A stretch of DNA of 64,000 nucleotides from contig JARVJZ010000002.1 of the NCBI GenBank assembly GCA_029775855.1, forward strand, positions 64,001 through 128,000, read 5' to 3'. This DNA comes from Nitrososphaeria archaeon. Lineage in GTDB: Archaea > Thermoproteota > Nitrososphaeria > Nitrososphaerales > JAAOZN01. The number at the start of each line of letters is the position of its first letter. The stretch's first letter is position 1. Under the pieces are notes generated by a model. The model had not been told where the DNA came from. It saw only the letters and a list, made by a program, of their open reading frames with translations, and made no database searches. The position numbers and the translations under genes were made by a program. Positions 54,198 through 64,000 of this stretch are shown here, piece after piece.

Positions 54198-55098
54198 CAT
54201 CTAACTCCATAAGGTCTTCGGCTGCGACTACATTACTATGCACTTCTGAAGCCTCCTTTACCAATTCCGCGGTGTCATCATACCTCGCGCTGAAGTGTGT
54301 AAGAACTAATGTCTTCACACCAGCCTCCTTCGCTATCGTAGCCGCTTCCCTTGCGGTCGAATGCTGATTCTCCTCAGCCTTATCGGCGTGCCTATCTGCA
54401 TATGTCGAGTCGAAGATGAGAAGATCACAGCCTTTAAAGAATTTTATTAACTTCTTACTAGGCCTAGTATCACCCGAGTACCCTATCTTTCTACCTCTTC
54501 TCTTCGGCCCAGTTACTTGATCTGGTGTTATCGTTCTTCCTTGAAGGGTGATTGCTTCACCTTTTTGTAATAGGTGCCAAAGCCTACCTTCAGGTATGCC
54601 TAAACTTTTTGCAGCTTCTGGGTAAAATACTCCGGGTCGCGGTTTCTCCACGAGTAGGTATGCATATGTAAGCGGAGGGTGCTCTGCTTTGCAAGCGTAG
54701 ATAGTGTACTCTTGTTCTTCAACAACGAGCTTCTGCTTAACAGTGTTTATTTGAAGGTTGAATGTCAGCTCGAATCCTAGGGCTTTTATGTTAGATTTTA
54801 TGAAGCTTTGTAAGCCTTTTGGTCCGTATATTGTTAGAGGTTTGTCTCGCCGCATCATTGACATGCTTTGCAGTAAACCAAGCAACCCAACACAGTGGTC
54901 TCCGTGAAGGTGTGTTATGAAGATCTTCATCGGCCTATTTAGCCCAAGCCCAGCGTTTATCATCGCTCTCTGAACACATTCACCAGCGTCGAAAAGGAGT
55001 ATCTCTGCCCCTCTCTTTATGGCTATAGAGGAGAGACCACGCTTCTTGGTAGGCACAGATGAGGATGTGCCTAAGAAGACGACTTTAAGTTGAACCAC
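54181..55098 (-). CDS. rnz: ribonuclease Z
   Basis: FLGTSSSVP, THLHGDH, exosite arm, SGDT and THFSARY motifs. Confidence 0.95.
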   Translation of the reverse strand: MVQLKVVFLGTSSSVPTKKRGLSSIAIKRGAEILLFDAGECVQRAMINAGLGLNRPMKIFITHLHGDHCVGLLGLLQSMSMMRRDKPLTIYGPKGLQSFIKSNIKALGFELTFNLQINTVKQKLVVEEQEYTIYACKAEHPPLTYAYLLVEKPRPGVFYPEAAKSLGIPEGRLWHLLQKGEAITLQGRTITPDQVTGPKRRGRKIGYSGDTRPSKKLIKFFKGCDLLIFDSTYADRHADKAEENQHSTAREAATIAKEAGVKTLVLTHFSARYDDTAELVKEASEVHSNVVAAEDLMELDVKYPE

Positions 55099-55123
55099 AG
55101 AGGGGCGCTACCTCCTTTTGACC

Positions 55124-56011
55124 TTAAGTGCATATTGTTGAGAGATGTGAGGCGCAGAGGGGTGCTACATCTACCTTTGATACTACACTTGGCACGGTAT
55201 TGGTTCCGATGATTTCAACATCAGCTTTAGCTAGCCGCTGTAGAGCGTCGCCTAAAAGAAGGGGGTGTGTGCACGCTGCATAAACCTTTTTCACTCCTTT
55301 TTTATAGAGTAGGGTTGCTGCTTTCTCTATGCTTCCTCCTGTGCTTATTATATCATCTACTAGCACCGCATCTCTTCCCTCTAAACTTACATCAATATCC
55401 TCCACACTTACATCTCCAGTAACCCTATCCCTCGCCTTCTTGAGTATGAGATGTTCGGTCTTAAGGATGCTTGCAAAACCTTCAGCCCTCGCAGCACCGC
55501 CCAAGTCTGGTGAGACAACTATCGGCTCTCTTAAACTGTAATTCGTCTTCAGATATTCTGCAAGAAGCGGTATGGCTGATATGGTGTGGGCGGGGAATGC
55601 AAAGTAAGCCAAGGCATTTATGCTATGGATATCAACGGTATCCAGCCTCTTTATACCGGCCGCCCGCATAAGCCTAGCTACAACCGCTATACTCACTACT
55701 TCACCCTTCAGAAACTCTTTATCTTGCCTAGCGTAGGCTAGATAAGGCACAAACGCATATACCTCTGCACCCATCTCACTAAGTTTATGCGCGATAAATA
55801 GTAGCTGCATGAGGTTTCTATCCACAGGTGGGTAGGTTGATTGTATAACTACAACTGAACTTCTCTGCACATCTCTCTTAATCTTTATCTTAGATTCCCC
55901 GTCTGGGAAGATTGTCAACTCTAAGTCGAGCAGATCTAAACCCAGTCTTCTTGCAACTTCTTCGCCAAGCTCTCTGCTTGCTGGACCTGGAGCTATGAGC
56001 CAATCGGGCAT
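55124..56011 (-). CDS. prs: ribose-phosphate pyrophosphokinase
   Basis: FPDGE, PYLAYARQD and VDDIISTGGS motifs. Confidence 0.95.
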   Translation of the reverse strand: MPDWLIAPGPASRELGEEVARRLGLDLLDLELTIFPDGESKIKIKRDVQRSSVVVIQSTYPPVDRNLMQLLFIAHKLSEMGAEVYAFVPYLAYARQDKEFLKGEVVSIAVVARLMRAAGIKRLDTVDIHSINALAYFAFPAHTISAIPLLAEYLKTNYSLREPIVVSPDLGGAARAEGFASILKTEHLILKKARDRVTGDVSVEDIDVSLEGRDAVLVDDIISTGGSIEKAATLLYKKGVKKVYAACTHPLLLGDALQRLAKADVEIIGTNTVPSVVSKVDVAPLCASHLSTICT

Positions 56012-56104
56012 CTTCCCACACTAAGCCTATTCTTGCAACCCCTATAAGAGTGGTGCTTAATGTAAGGTTAATCTATCTAGAATGATTATGGTGGGTGGAG
56101 CATA

Positions 56105-56704
56105 ATGGAAGCTGCACAGATAGAGTGGCAGGCGCTCTTAAGAGCCATAGTGGCGCTCTTTGTTGTAGTCGACCCAATAGGTAATGTGCCGATATTCATA
56201 GGGTTAACGAAGAATCTAAGCCCAGCTCAAAGAAGTAGAGCCTTTAGATCAGCGGTTATAGTCTCCGCTATTTTGCTTCTAATCTTCGCTTTTGCAGGTC
56301 AGCTTCTTCTGACGCTCTTCGGCATCTCAATCCACAGCTTTAAGATAGCAGGCGGGCTGCTGCTTCTCATACTGGCTATGAAGATACTCATCTCAGGCTC
56401 ATGGGAGGAGAAGACCATCACACCCGAAGGCGCTGGCGCAGTCCCTATGGCCTTCCCGCTTCTAGCCGGTCCTGGAGCTATAACTACCACGATAGTTATG
56501 CTTCAGATCACAGGATTTGTTGAAGTTATTTTAGCGGTGCTCTCTGTGATCTTCATAACCTCTGTCGTATTGATATTTATTGAGCGTATCTACATCATCC
56601 TAGGGGAGACAGGTTCGTCGGTTGCTGCTAGGCTTATGGCTGTTTTCATCGCAGCTATAGCGTTTCAGTTCATTATTGAGGGGATACGATTCTACTTTAC
56701 CTAA
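56105..56704 (+). CDS. MarC family membrane protein
   Basis: DPIGNVP, FKIAGG and PLLAGPG motifs. Confidence 0.9.
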   Translation: MEAAQIEWQALLRAIVALFVVVDPIGNVPIFIGLTKNLSPAQRSRAFRSAVIVSAILLLIFAFAGQLLLTLFGISIHSFKIAGGLLLLILAMKILISGSWEEKTITPEGAGAVPMAFPLLAGPGAITTTIVMLQITGFVEVILAVLSVIFITSVVLIFIERIYIILGETGSSVAARLMAVFIAAIAFQFIIEGIRFYFT

Positions 56705-56707
56705 CTA

Positions 56708-58162
56708 TTAGAATTCAGAATCAGCCCTAATCCCAACTCTATCCGAATATCTTTCTAGAATAGGGTTGATTTCCCTCTGCACAAACTCCAAGCACCGCTC
56801 AGGTGCATCACCGACGAGTTCACCATAACCCGATGAACCTAATAGGTCTTCTACTACTTTACGATTTAACTTACTTGCTATTCTACTGTCGCTTGACAAG
56901 AGAGATGCAAGTGGGTTTTCTGCTCCTTGCATAACGGCATCCCAAGCCTTAAAGGCGTAGCCTCTTATCAACTCATGCATTTCTTGTCTGCTCTCTCCAG
57001 CTTTAACAAGTTGCATGAGAAGCCTTTCTGTGGCTGAGAATGGAGCGAACCTCCTTAGATTTCTCTCAATAACTCTTTCGTATATCTGAAGGCCGCGCAT
57101 CACTTTATCGTATAAGATTAGGATCTCATCTACTGCCAGAAAGCCTTCGGGTATGATTATTCTCCTGTTAGCCGAATCATCGAGTGTTCTCTCAAGTAGA
57201 GATGATGAAGCGTTGATGTATGCTACTTGTGGAAGCACCGATACAAAACGGGCTAATGAGCAGATTCTCTCACTTAAAACTGGATTACGCTTAAACGGCA
57301 TAGCAGAGGAGCCTACTTGCTTTTCACCTATAGGCTCTGACCACTCACCAAAGACAGGAGACTGCATCAACCGAACATCAAACGCAAACCTATGTGCGCT
57401 TTGGGCGATAGAGGACAAAGTAGAGAGGACTAGAAAATCTAGCTTCCTTGGGTAAGTCTGGGTTGAGACGAGGTATGACTCTAACCCCAGCTTCTTCAAG
57501 AAGGCGGACTCAAGGTCAGCTGGTTGCGAAGCTCGTGAAAGCAGCTCCTTAAAGCTAGATGAAGTGCCTACAGAGCCTTTAAGCCCTTTTCCCTTCACCA
57601 CAACATTCAAAACAAATTCTACACACTTAACATCAGTTACTAAGTCTTGAGCATACTGTGCTATTCTATAACCTACTGTTGTAGGCTCTGCTGGCTGAAG
57701 GTGCGTCCAACCCATACAAGGCAGAGCACGGTATTCTTTTATCTTCTTGGACGCAGAGTCTAAGCAGTTTACCAAGCGTGTTAAGATGATATCTAGCGCC
57801 TTTCTGATCTTTAAAGCATCAGCATTATCCTCGATGTCTGCCGATGTTGCGCCTAGGTGTATCTTTCCTCCACCTATCTTAGCTTGTTCAGCAAAGACCT
57901 TTATTTCAGCCATAAGGTCGTGTTTAATCTGTCGTTCTATTTCATGTGCTCTACTTATGTTGACGCTTTCAGCATCTGCGTAAGCCCTTATATCCTCCAG
58001 CTCCTCTTTCGATACAAGGTTCTTTTCAGCCTCCGCTTCAGCTAGGGCTAACCATATACGCCTCCAAATAGCCCTTGTGGCAACTTCGGAAAAGAGTTTT
58101 CTCATCTCCTTGCTTCCGTATCTCCAAGTGAAGACTGAAAGGTAGTCGTCGTAATCGAACAT
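56708..58162 (-). CDS. purB: adenylosuccinate lyase
   Basis: THLQPAEP and the GSSAMPFKRNP signature. Confidence 0.95.
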   Translation of the reverse strand: MFDYDDYLSVFTWRYGSKEMRKLFSEVATRAIWRRIWLALAEAEAEKNLVSKEELEDIRAYADAESVNISRAHEIERQIKHDLMAEIKVFAEQAKIGGGKIHLGATSADIEDNADALKIRKALDIILTRLVNCLDSASKKIKEYRALPCMGWTHLQPAEPTTVGYRIAQYAQDLVTDVKCVEFVLNVVVKGKGLKGSVGTSSSFKELLSRASQPADLESAFLKKLGLESYLVSTQTYPRKLDFLVLSTLSSIAQSAHRFAFDVRLMQSPVFGEWSEPIGEKQVGSSAMPFKRNPVLSERICSLARFVSVLPQVAYINASSSLLERTLDDSANRRIIIPEGFLAVDEILILYDKVMRGLQIYERVIERNLRRFAPFSATERLLMQLVKAGESRQEMHELIRGYAFKAWDAVMQGAENPLASLLSSDSRIASKLNRKVVEDLLGSSGYGELVGDAPERCLEFVQREINPILERYSDRVGIRADSEF

Positions 58163-58248
58163 AGCCTACCATAAGCACTCTATTTCGAAGCAAATAAACC
58201 CTTGCTTAAATTTAACCTTATTAGTCTGCAACCCCTAATCACCTTGGT

Positions 58249-59670
58249 TTGAAAACTGTAGTTCTAGCAGGCGGTGAAGGGACTAGGTTAAGACCCCTTA
58301 CACTCACCCGTCCAAAGCCTATGCTACCCTTAGGACCAACGCCTGTGATAGAGCATCTGATAAAGCATTTAACCAATATAGGCTTCAACGAAATAATCTT
58401 AACTATAGGATACATGGGTGAGCAAGTTAAAAGATATCTGGGTGATGGTTCAAGGTTTAACGCTAGAATACATTACTCCTTCGAGCCAGAAGACTATCTT
58501 GTAGGCACAGCCGGCAGCGTAAAGATGGTAAGCCATCTATTACAGCAGCGTTTCTTAGTCATACAAGGAGACACATACACAGAAGTCGACCTCTCCAAAT
58601 TGGTTAAAGCGCATATCGAAAGTGGTTGTGATGCAACAATCATGGTGAAAAGTGTTGAAAATCCTTGGCTCTTCGGCACAGTAGAATATGATGAAAAAGG
58701 CATCATAACAGGTTTCCAAGAAAAGCCTGAACCAGAACGGTGCCGCACAAACAAGATCAGCACTGGAGTTTATGTTTTTGAGCCTGATGTTCTAGACTTT
58801 ATAACACAACCTCCATGCGACTTTGCAAGAAATGTTTTCCCCAAGATGCTAGCGTCTAGAAAGAAGATGTTAGCTTATGAGTGTGAAGGCTACTGGGTTG
58901 ATGTAGGTAGCAGACAAGGGTATATTGAGGCGCAAGCACATCTCCTTAAGAAGCATATGAGAGAGTATAATGAACCTATCTGGAGATTAGGTGAAGCAGA
59001 GTTAAGTAAAGATGCAAGATTAGAACCGCCTGTGCTTATAGGATGTGATGTAAGAATTGAAGCTGATGCAACAATCGGGCCTTATACTTGCATTATGAGC
59101 GCGTCAAGAGTATCAAGTGGTTCAACGATAAGTTCAGCAACCTTATTTGAAAATGTCACAGTTGGCAGCGGCTCAAATATTTCGCATAGCATAATAGGTG
59201 AAAGAGCTATATTAAGGGAAAGAGTCGTGGTAAAAGATTCTATAGTTGGGCAAGCCGCCCTACTTAAAAACGGTGTTAACATTTACTCTGAGAGCAGAAT
59301 ATGGCCTAATGTTATAGTAGAAGAAGGCGAGCAAGTAAAAGGTACAATTCTATTTACCCAAGAGAAACCATTCTACTTCTTTCTAGACTACGGAAAATAT
59401 ACAGGCATAATAGCCTCATCTATTCCAACATTTATAGAAGCCTTAACGATTGTAGATATTAAATCAATAGAATTTCATCTTTATAGACGCGACTTTGAAC
59501 GCTGGATAAGAGATGTCATACAAGCCCCTCTCCTTGCTGAAGAAATAGCTTCGGTTAGAAAGCAGATGCTGGCTGGGGAAGAGGTTAGAGCTGCGCTTCT
59601 AAAGGTAGTAAAGGCTTGGTTCAGATATGTAACTGAAGGCTCTGAAACCAGCAGCTGTAGCAGAGGTTAA
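58249..59670 (+). CDS. NDP-sugar pyrophosphorylase (GCD1-like) with a left-handed beta-helix and an extra C-terminal DUF5752-like domain
   Basis: LAGGEGTRLRPLT..RPKP, hexapeptide repeats and C-terminal PFYF...SIEFHLYRRDFERWI. Confidence 0.85.
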   Translation: MKTVVLAGGEGTRLRPLTLTRPKPMLPLGPTPVIEHLIKHLTNIGFNEIILTIGYMGEQVKRYLGDGSRFNARIHYSFEPEDYLVGTAGSVKMVSHLLQQRFLVIQGDTYTEVDLSKLVKAHIESGCDATIMVKSVENPWLFGTVEYDEKGIITGFQEKPEPERCRTNKISTGVYVFEPDVLDFITQPPCDFARNVFPKMLASRKKMLAYECEGYWVDVGSRQGYIEAQAHLLKKHMREYNEPIWRLGEAELSKDARLEPPVLIGCDVRIEADATIGPYTCIMSASRVSSGSTISSATLFENVTVGSGSNISHSIIGERAILRERVVVKDSIVGQAALLKNGVNIYSESRIWPNVIVEEGEQVKGTILFTQEKPFYFFLDYGKYTGIIASSIPTFIEALTIVDIKSIEFHLYRRDFERWIRDVIQAPLLAEEIASVRKQMLAGEEVRAALLKVVKAWFRYVTEGSETSSCSRG

Positions 59671-59828
59671 TAGAGTTCCCCCATTATATCTACCCACATT
59701 TTATATTTATTAGCTTAATAATAGAGCCATTTATTAAAAAGTTTTGTGTAAAACCTTAGGAGAATCACCACTATAAGGGGATATAGTTAATAACCAGCGA
59801 TTAACCCACTCAACTTAAGGGTCTTAGT

Positions 59829-60089
59829 TTGCCGCAATTCAACATAAATGTCATCATAGAAAATAAGCCAACAATAAGAGACCCAGAAGGAGAAGTCATA
59901 ATGAGAGATCTCATGGTTAAAAACGGCTACACTCAAATAAAAGGCGTAAGAACAGCTAAACTCCTCAAGATCGTTGTAGAAGCGTCGAGCAGCCAAGAAG
60001 CAAAACAGATAGTATCAAAAATGTGTGATGAACTAAGAATCTATAACCCAGTTGTAAGCATCTGCTCAATAGAAGAAACAGGTGCCTAA
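59829..60089 (+). CDS. purS: FGAM synthase subunit PurS
   Basis: DPEGE and NPVV motifs; precedes purQ. Confidence 0.9.
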   Translation: MPQFNINVIIENKPTIRDPEGEVIMRDLMVKNGYTQIKGVRTAKLLKIVVEASSSQEAKQIVSKMCDELRIYNPVVSICSIEETGA

Positions 60090-60792
60090 ACAAATGCGTA
60101 TAGCAGTCATAGTATACCCCGGAAGCAACTGCGATAGAGATGTACACCATGTGCTAACCAATGTGCTTAAAGTGGAGGCTGATTTGGTATGGCACACTGA
60201 TGGAAATCTAAAAGAATACGATGGCGTCGTTTTGCCCGGCGGCTTCTCCTATGGCGACTATCTTAGGGCTGGTGTAATAGCCGCCTTCAGCCCAATTATG
60301 CGTGAAGTTAAGAGGATGGCAGAAGAGGGTAAGCCAGTTTTAGGGATCTGTAATGGCTTTCAAATACTTGTTGAGTCAGGTCTTCTACCAGGTGTGCTTA
60401 TGAGAAATGTAGGGTTAAAGTTTGTGTGCAAGTGGGTAAATCTTAGGGTAGAGAACAATGAGACATTATTCACTAAGAGGTATACACAAGGACAGATTCT
60501 GAGCATGCCTATAGCCCACAATGAGGGTAGATATTATATTGACCCTGATGGGCTTAGTGAGTTAAAGAAGCATAACCAGATCGTCTTCCGATATGTTGAC
60601 GCAGATGGAAAATTGTCAGAAAGGGCCAATCCTAACGGTTCGCTTGAGGCGATAGCTGGTGTATGCAATAGAAGGGGGAATGTTCTTGGTCTTATGCCTC
60701 ATCCTGAAAGGGCTTCTGAACCCATCTTGAGCCCAACTGGCGCTACTGATGGTTTGGAGATCTTTAAGTCGATGCTGAATTTAGGTGATTAA
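60082..60792 (+). CDS. purQ: FGAM synthase glutaminase subunit PurQ
   Basis: [18 protein letters not shown] and MPHPER motifs. Confidence 0.96.
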   Translation: MPKQMRIAVIVYPGSNCDRDVHHVLTNVLKVEADLVWHTDGNLKEYDGVVLPGGFSYGDYLRAGVIAAFSPIMREVKRMAEEGKPVLGICNGFQILVESGLLPGVLMRNVGLKFVCKWVNLRVENNETLFTKRYTQGQILSMPIAHNEGRYYIDPDGLSELKKHNQIVFRYVDADGKLSERANPNGSLEAIAGVCNRRGNVLGLMPHPERASEPILSPTGATDGLEIFKSMLNLGD

Positions 60793-60794
60793 AA

Positions 60795-63008
60795 TTGGAG
60801 CGTGAGAAGAAGCTTCGCTTAAATCTGACCGAAGAAGAAGTGGAGAGTCTCAGAAAGGCGCTTGGTAGAGAACCAAACGACCTAGAACTAGCTATGATTG
60901 ACGCCGAATGGTCTGAACACTGCAGCTACAAATCCTCTAAACCCCTTCTGAAGCTACTACCCACTCAAGGAAAGCACGTTATTCTTGGCCCGGGATATGA
61001 TGCTGGCGTTCTGGATATAGGAGACGGCTATGTTCTCACCGCGCATATAGAGAGCCATAACCACCCCTCAGCCATAGATCCCTACGGTGGCGCAGCTACA
61101 GGGGTTGGTGGGATACTTAGGGATATCATCTGTATGGGTACACGCCCTATAGCACTTCTGGACGTGTTAAGATTCGGCTCTATATCAGTAAGCAGCCATT
61201 CAAGATGGCTCTTCAAGCACGTGGTTAGGGGAATAAGTGACTATGGGAACTGTGTGGGTGTGCCTACAGTTGGTGGAGAAGTTGAGTTCGACGAAACCTT
61301 CGAGAGAAACTGTCTGGTTGATGTAGTCTGCTTTGGTGTGGGGAAGAAAAGCGACCTTGTGCTTGCTGAGGCTAGGCATGTCGGTGATTCTATAATATTA
61401 ATCGGCGGCTTAACTGGTCGAGATGGTCTGCACGGCTCATCATTCGCTTCAGCAGTTTTAACAGAAAGCTCTGAACAAGATAGGTCAGCGGTTCAGATAC
61501 CAGATCCCTTTGCTGAAAAGATGATTATGGAGGCAACGTTAGAATCTATAGGTACTGGTAGGGTAAGAGGACTAAAGGATCTAGGAGGAGGAGGATTGAG
61601 CTGCGGCTTATCTGAGATAGCAGACAAAGGAGGTACTGGTGTTGAGATCGAGCTTACACGAGTCCCCCTAAGTGAAGAGGATATGCATCCTATAGAGATT
61701 ATGATCTCAGAGTCCCAGGAGCGTATGCTCTTAGTTGTTGAAGGAGGCTATGAAGAGGAAGTAGCCAAGATATTCAGAAAATATGGTGTAAGATATTCTA
61801 TCATCGGTAAAGTAACTGATGATAAACATGTGACTGTGAAGAAAGCAGGAACGGTTTTAACGAAGATAAGGGCTGAGCTCCTCGCAAACGCTCCAATCAT
61901 TTACAGAAGAGCTGAGAAGCCTAAAAACATTGAATCATTGGCTAATACGCCGAGACCAGACGAACCCCACGACCTAGAAAAAACCCTCCTTCAACTTCTA
62001 AGCCTACCGAACATAGCTTCAAAGCAGTGGATCTACGAGCAATACGACCACGAAGTAGGCTTGAAGACGGTCATTAAACCCGGGCAGGCTGGAGCAGCTG
62101 TGCTACGCTTACCTAACAATAAATTCATTGCCGTCAGAGCTGATGGAAATTCTAAGCACTGCTACCTTGATCCTTACCACGGAGCCGCAGGCGTCTTCGC
62201 TGAGGCGTGTAGAAACGTTTTAGCCGTTGGTGCTAAGCCTATAGCTATGTTGGATCACCTCCAGTTCGGCGACCCTTCTAACCCAGAGGTATTCTGGGCG
62301 TTCAGCGAGTCTGTGAAGGGCATAGCTGATTACGCTAAAAACCTCAATATACCTTGCATAGGAGGGAAGGTGAGCTTCTATAACGAAGATAAGGTTAGCG
62401 GTAAAGCGATAAAACCCACACCAGTAGTAGCGGTAATAGGGTTAGCTGATGCTGTTGAGACATTGAAGAGTAACCGCTTGAGGGTGGGTTCAAGAATCCT
62501 AATATTAGGTGAAACTAAGCCTGAATTAGGTGGCTCTGAATATTATGAGGGTATACATGGTTTGGTAGGGGGAAAGGTGCCTAAAGTGGACTTTGAGTAT
62601 GAGAAAAGACTTCATAGATGCGTCTTAAAGATCGTATCTCTAGGTTTAGCTAAGAGCCTTGAAGATTTATCTAAAGGCGGGCTCGCAACAGCTTTGGCTG
62701 AACTAAGTATAAAATCAGGGGTTGGAATGAAGATAGATCTTAACAAAGTTCCTAATACATGTGAGCGGTTAGATGAAATCCTATTCTCAGAAACGCACGG
62801 AAGATTTGTAGCCGAAGCGAATGTAGGAGCAGAGGATAGAATAAAGAGAATCGCAGCGTCATTCAACATCCCTTGCGAAATTATAGGTGAAGTAGAAGGC
62901 GAGTATCTGTCATTCGAGAAAGGGGTGAAGAAGATTAAAGTGCAGTTACGCGAGTTAGAAGACACATGGAGATGCACAATACCTAAATTAATGGGTGATG
63001 AGTGCTGA
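60795..63008 (+). CDS. purL: FGAM synthase subunit PurL
   Basis: WSEHCSYK, ESHNHPS, SESQERM and GGKVSFYN motifs. Confidence 0.96.
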   Translation: MEREKKLRLNLTEEEVESLRKALGREPNDLELAMIDAEWSEHCSYKSSKPLLKLLPTQGKHVILGPGYDAGVLDIGDGYVLTAHIESHNHPSAIDPYGGAATGVGGILRDIICMGTRPIALLDVLRFGSISVSSHSRWLFKHVVRGISDYGNCVGVPTVGGEVEFDETFERNCLVDVVCFGVGKKSDLVLAEARHVGDSIILIGGLTGRDGLHGSSFASAVLTESSEQDRSAVQIPDPFAEKMIMEATLESIGTGRVRGLKDLGGGGLSCGLSEIADKGGTGVEIELTRVPLSEEDMHPIEIMISESQERMLLVVEGGYEEEVAKIFRKYGVRYSIIGKVTDDKHVTVKKAGTVLTKIRAELLANAPIIYRRAEKPKNIESLANTPRPDEPHDLEKTLLQLLSLPNIASKQWIYEQYDHEVGLKTVIKPGQAGAAVLRLPNNKFIAVRADGNSKHCYLDPYHGAAGVFAEACRNVLAVGAKPIAMLDHLQFGDPSNPEVFWAFSESVKGIADYAKNLNIPCIGGKVSFYNEDKVSGKAIKPTPVVAVIGLADAVETLKSNRLRVGSRILILGETKPELGGSEYYEGIHGLVGGKVPKVDFEYEKRLHRCVLKIVSLGLAKSLEDLSKGGLATALAELSIKSGVGMKIDLNKVPNTCERLDEILFSETHGRFVAEANVGAEDRIKRIAASFNIPCEIIGEVEGEYLSFEKGVKKIKVQLRELEDTWRCTIPKLMGDEC

Positions 63009-64000
63009 TAAAAGAGAAATGTGGCTTAGCTGCAGCGAGTTCGCAAAAAGAAGCGAATGTGCTACCCTTAATCGTCAACATGCTAAGGGCACTACAACAC
63101 AGAGGGCAAGAAGCTTGGGGTTTAGCAGTACCGGGCAAAGAACCTTGGCGAATGCTTGGTCTAGTCTCCGAAAGTTTGGGTAAAGCGGCTGCGATATGTG
63201 CTAGGTCCCCTTCACCATACGCAATAGGGCACACTAGATACTCTACTGTTGGAAGAACGGTGCTTGAAAATGTTCAACCAATGATGGTTGGTAGAGAGTT
63301 CGCCATAGCACACAACGGAACAATATCTAATACAGAAGAGATTGTTAGTAGACTCTCTAGCTACTATGATGTTCCGACGTGGGCTAGTGATACGCTGATT
63401 GTTGGTTATAGGATTCATTACCTTCTATCGAAATTTAACGGGGATTGGTTTAAAGTCTTCGAGGAGCTCGCTCCTGAGCTAAATGGGGCATACTGCTTCA
63501 TAATCTTAACTAAAGCAGGCGAGGTCTACGCGGCTAGGGATGAAAGGGGTTTCAGACCTCTATGCTTAGGATGGCACGATGAAACATCATCTTATGTTGT
63601 GGCTTCAGAGTCTTGCGCTCTATCTGTTATAGGTGCTCAGTTGATTAGGGATGTTAAGCCTGGTGAGATCATTAGGATTAAGAGGGGGATTATTGAGACA
63701 CATATGTTTGCAGAATCCGAGAGACCGGCTCATTGTGCATTTGAGTATACTTACTTTGCTAATCCGAGCTCTACGCTAGATGGTGTAAGTGTGTATGAAG
63801 CGCGAAAGAGACTTGGTTACGAGTTAGCAAGATTGTATAAGATTGAAGCTGATATTGTGATACCAGTCCCAGATTCAGCAAGACCAGCTGCATTAGGATT
63901 CTCTCAAGTCTCTGGTATACCGCTTGAAGAAGGGCTTATGAAAGACAGATACAGCAAGAAGGGGGGGCTCAGAAGCTTCATTGAGCCCGCTCTAAAAGAT
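63002..64000 (+). CDS. purF: amidophosphoribosyltransferase, 5' part (runs off the window; not in the ORF track)
   Basis: Manual translation MLIKEK^CG..., LQHRGQE, GHTRYST, AHNG, CAFEYTYF and PVPDS; open to 64000. Confidence 0.93.
   Translation, partial: MLIKEKCGLAAASSQKEANVLPLIVNMLRALQHRGQEAWGLAVPGKEPWRMLGLVSESLGKAAAICARSPSPYAIGHTRYSTVGRTVLENVQPMMVGREFAIAHNGTISNTEEIVSRLSSYYDVPTWASDTLIVGYRIHYLLSKFNGDWFKVFEELAPELNGAYCFIILTKAGEVYAARDERGFRPLCLGWHDETSSYVVASESCALSVIGAQLIRDVKPGEIIRIKRGIIETHMFAESERPAHCAFEYTYFANPSSTLDGVSVYEARKRLGYELARLYKIEADIVIPVPDSARPAALGFSQVSGIPLEEGLMKDRYSKKGGLRSFIEPALKD

Noticed and set aside
59770-59787. ACTATA-N6-TATAGT palindrome upstream of purS (also TCAGCTAGCTGA near 17392)
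   Set aside because: Short; I found no similar site before purA, purB or carA, so chance is likely.
501-63418. Many short antisense or alternate-frame ORFs (e.g. 31392-31973, 40814-41443, 52357-52935, 38086-38535, 62995-63183)
   Set aside because: They are shadows of well-supported genes and have no motifs of their own.
1-64000. CRISPR arrays, IS elements, rRNA genes and inteins (radA and purL checked)
   Set aside because: No spaced repeats, transposase motifs, rRNA sequence or unexplained large in-frame insertions seen.

Overview
This is a gene-dense archaeal chromosome segment. Its RadA, prefoldin, CarB and PurL resemble Nitrososphaeria (Thaumarchaeota) proteins, and bpsA points to a thermophile; the taxonomy is an inference. 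It holds about 70 mostly housekeeping genes: purine/pyrimidine synthesis, RNA processing, a peptide ABC transporter, AOR, Ftr and SOD. I saw no CRISPR array, IS element or integrase. The main finding is that carB (carbamoyl-phosphate synthase large chain) is interrupted inside its conserved GEAGE^FDYSG motif by a 21-nt insert (9286-9306) with two in-frame stops. The insert folds into a tRNA-type bulge-helix-bulge, and its predicted cut sites restore the frame exactly, so it is a candidate EndA-spliced mRNA intron; the gene also appears to start at AUA. The window further contains a tRNA-Pro(GGG) with two BHB introns, one of similar architecture to the carB insert. There is an unannotated box C/D guide RNA predicted to target the 23S P-loop G2251 equivalent, an eL22-like ribosomal protein, an orphan ftr, and a frameshifted HEPN gene beside an intact MNT gene.
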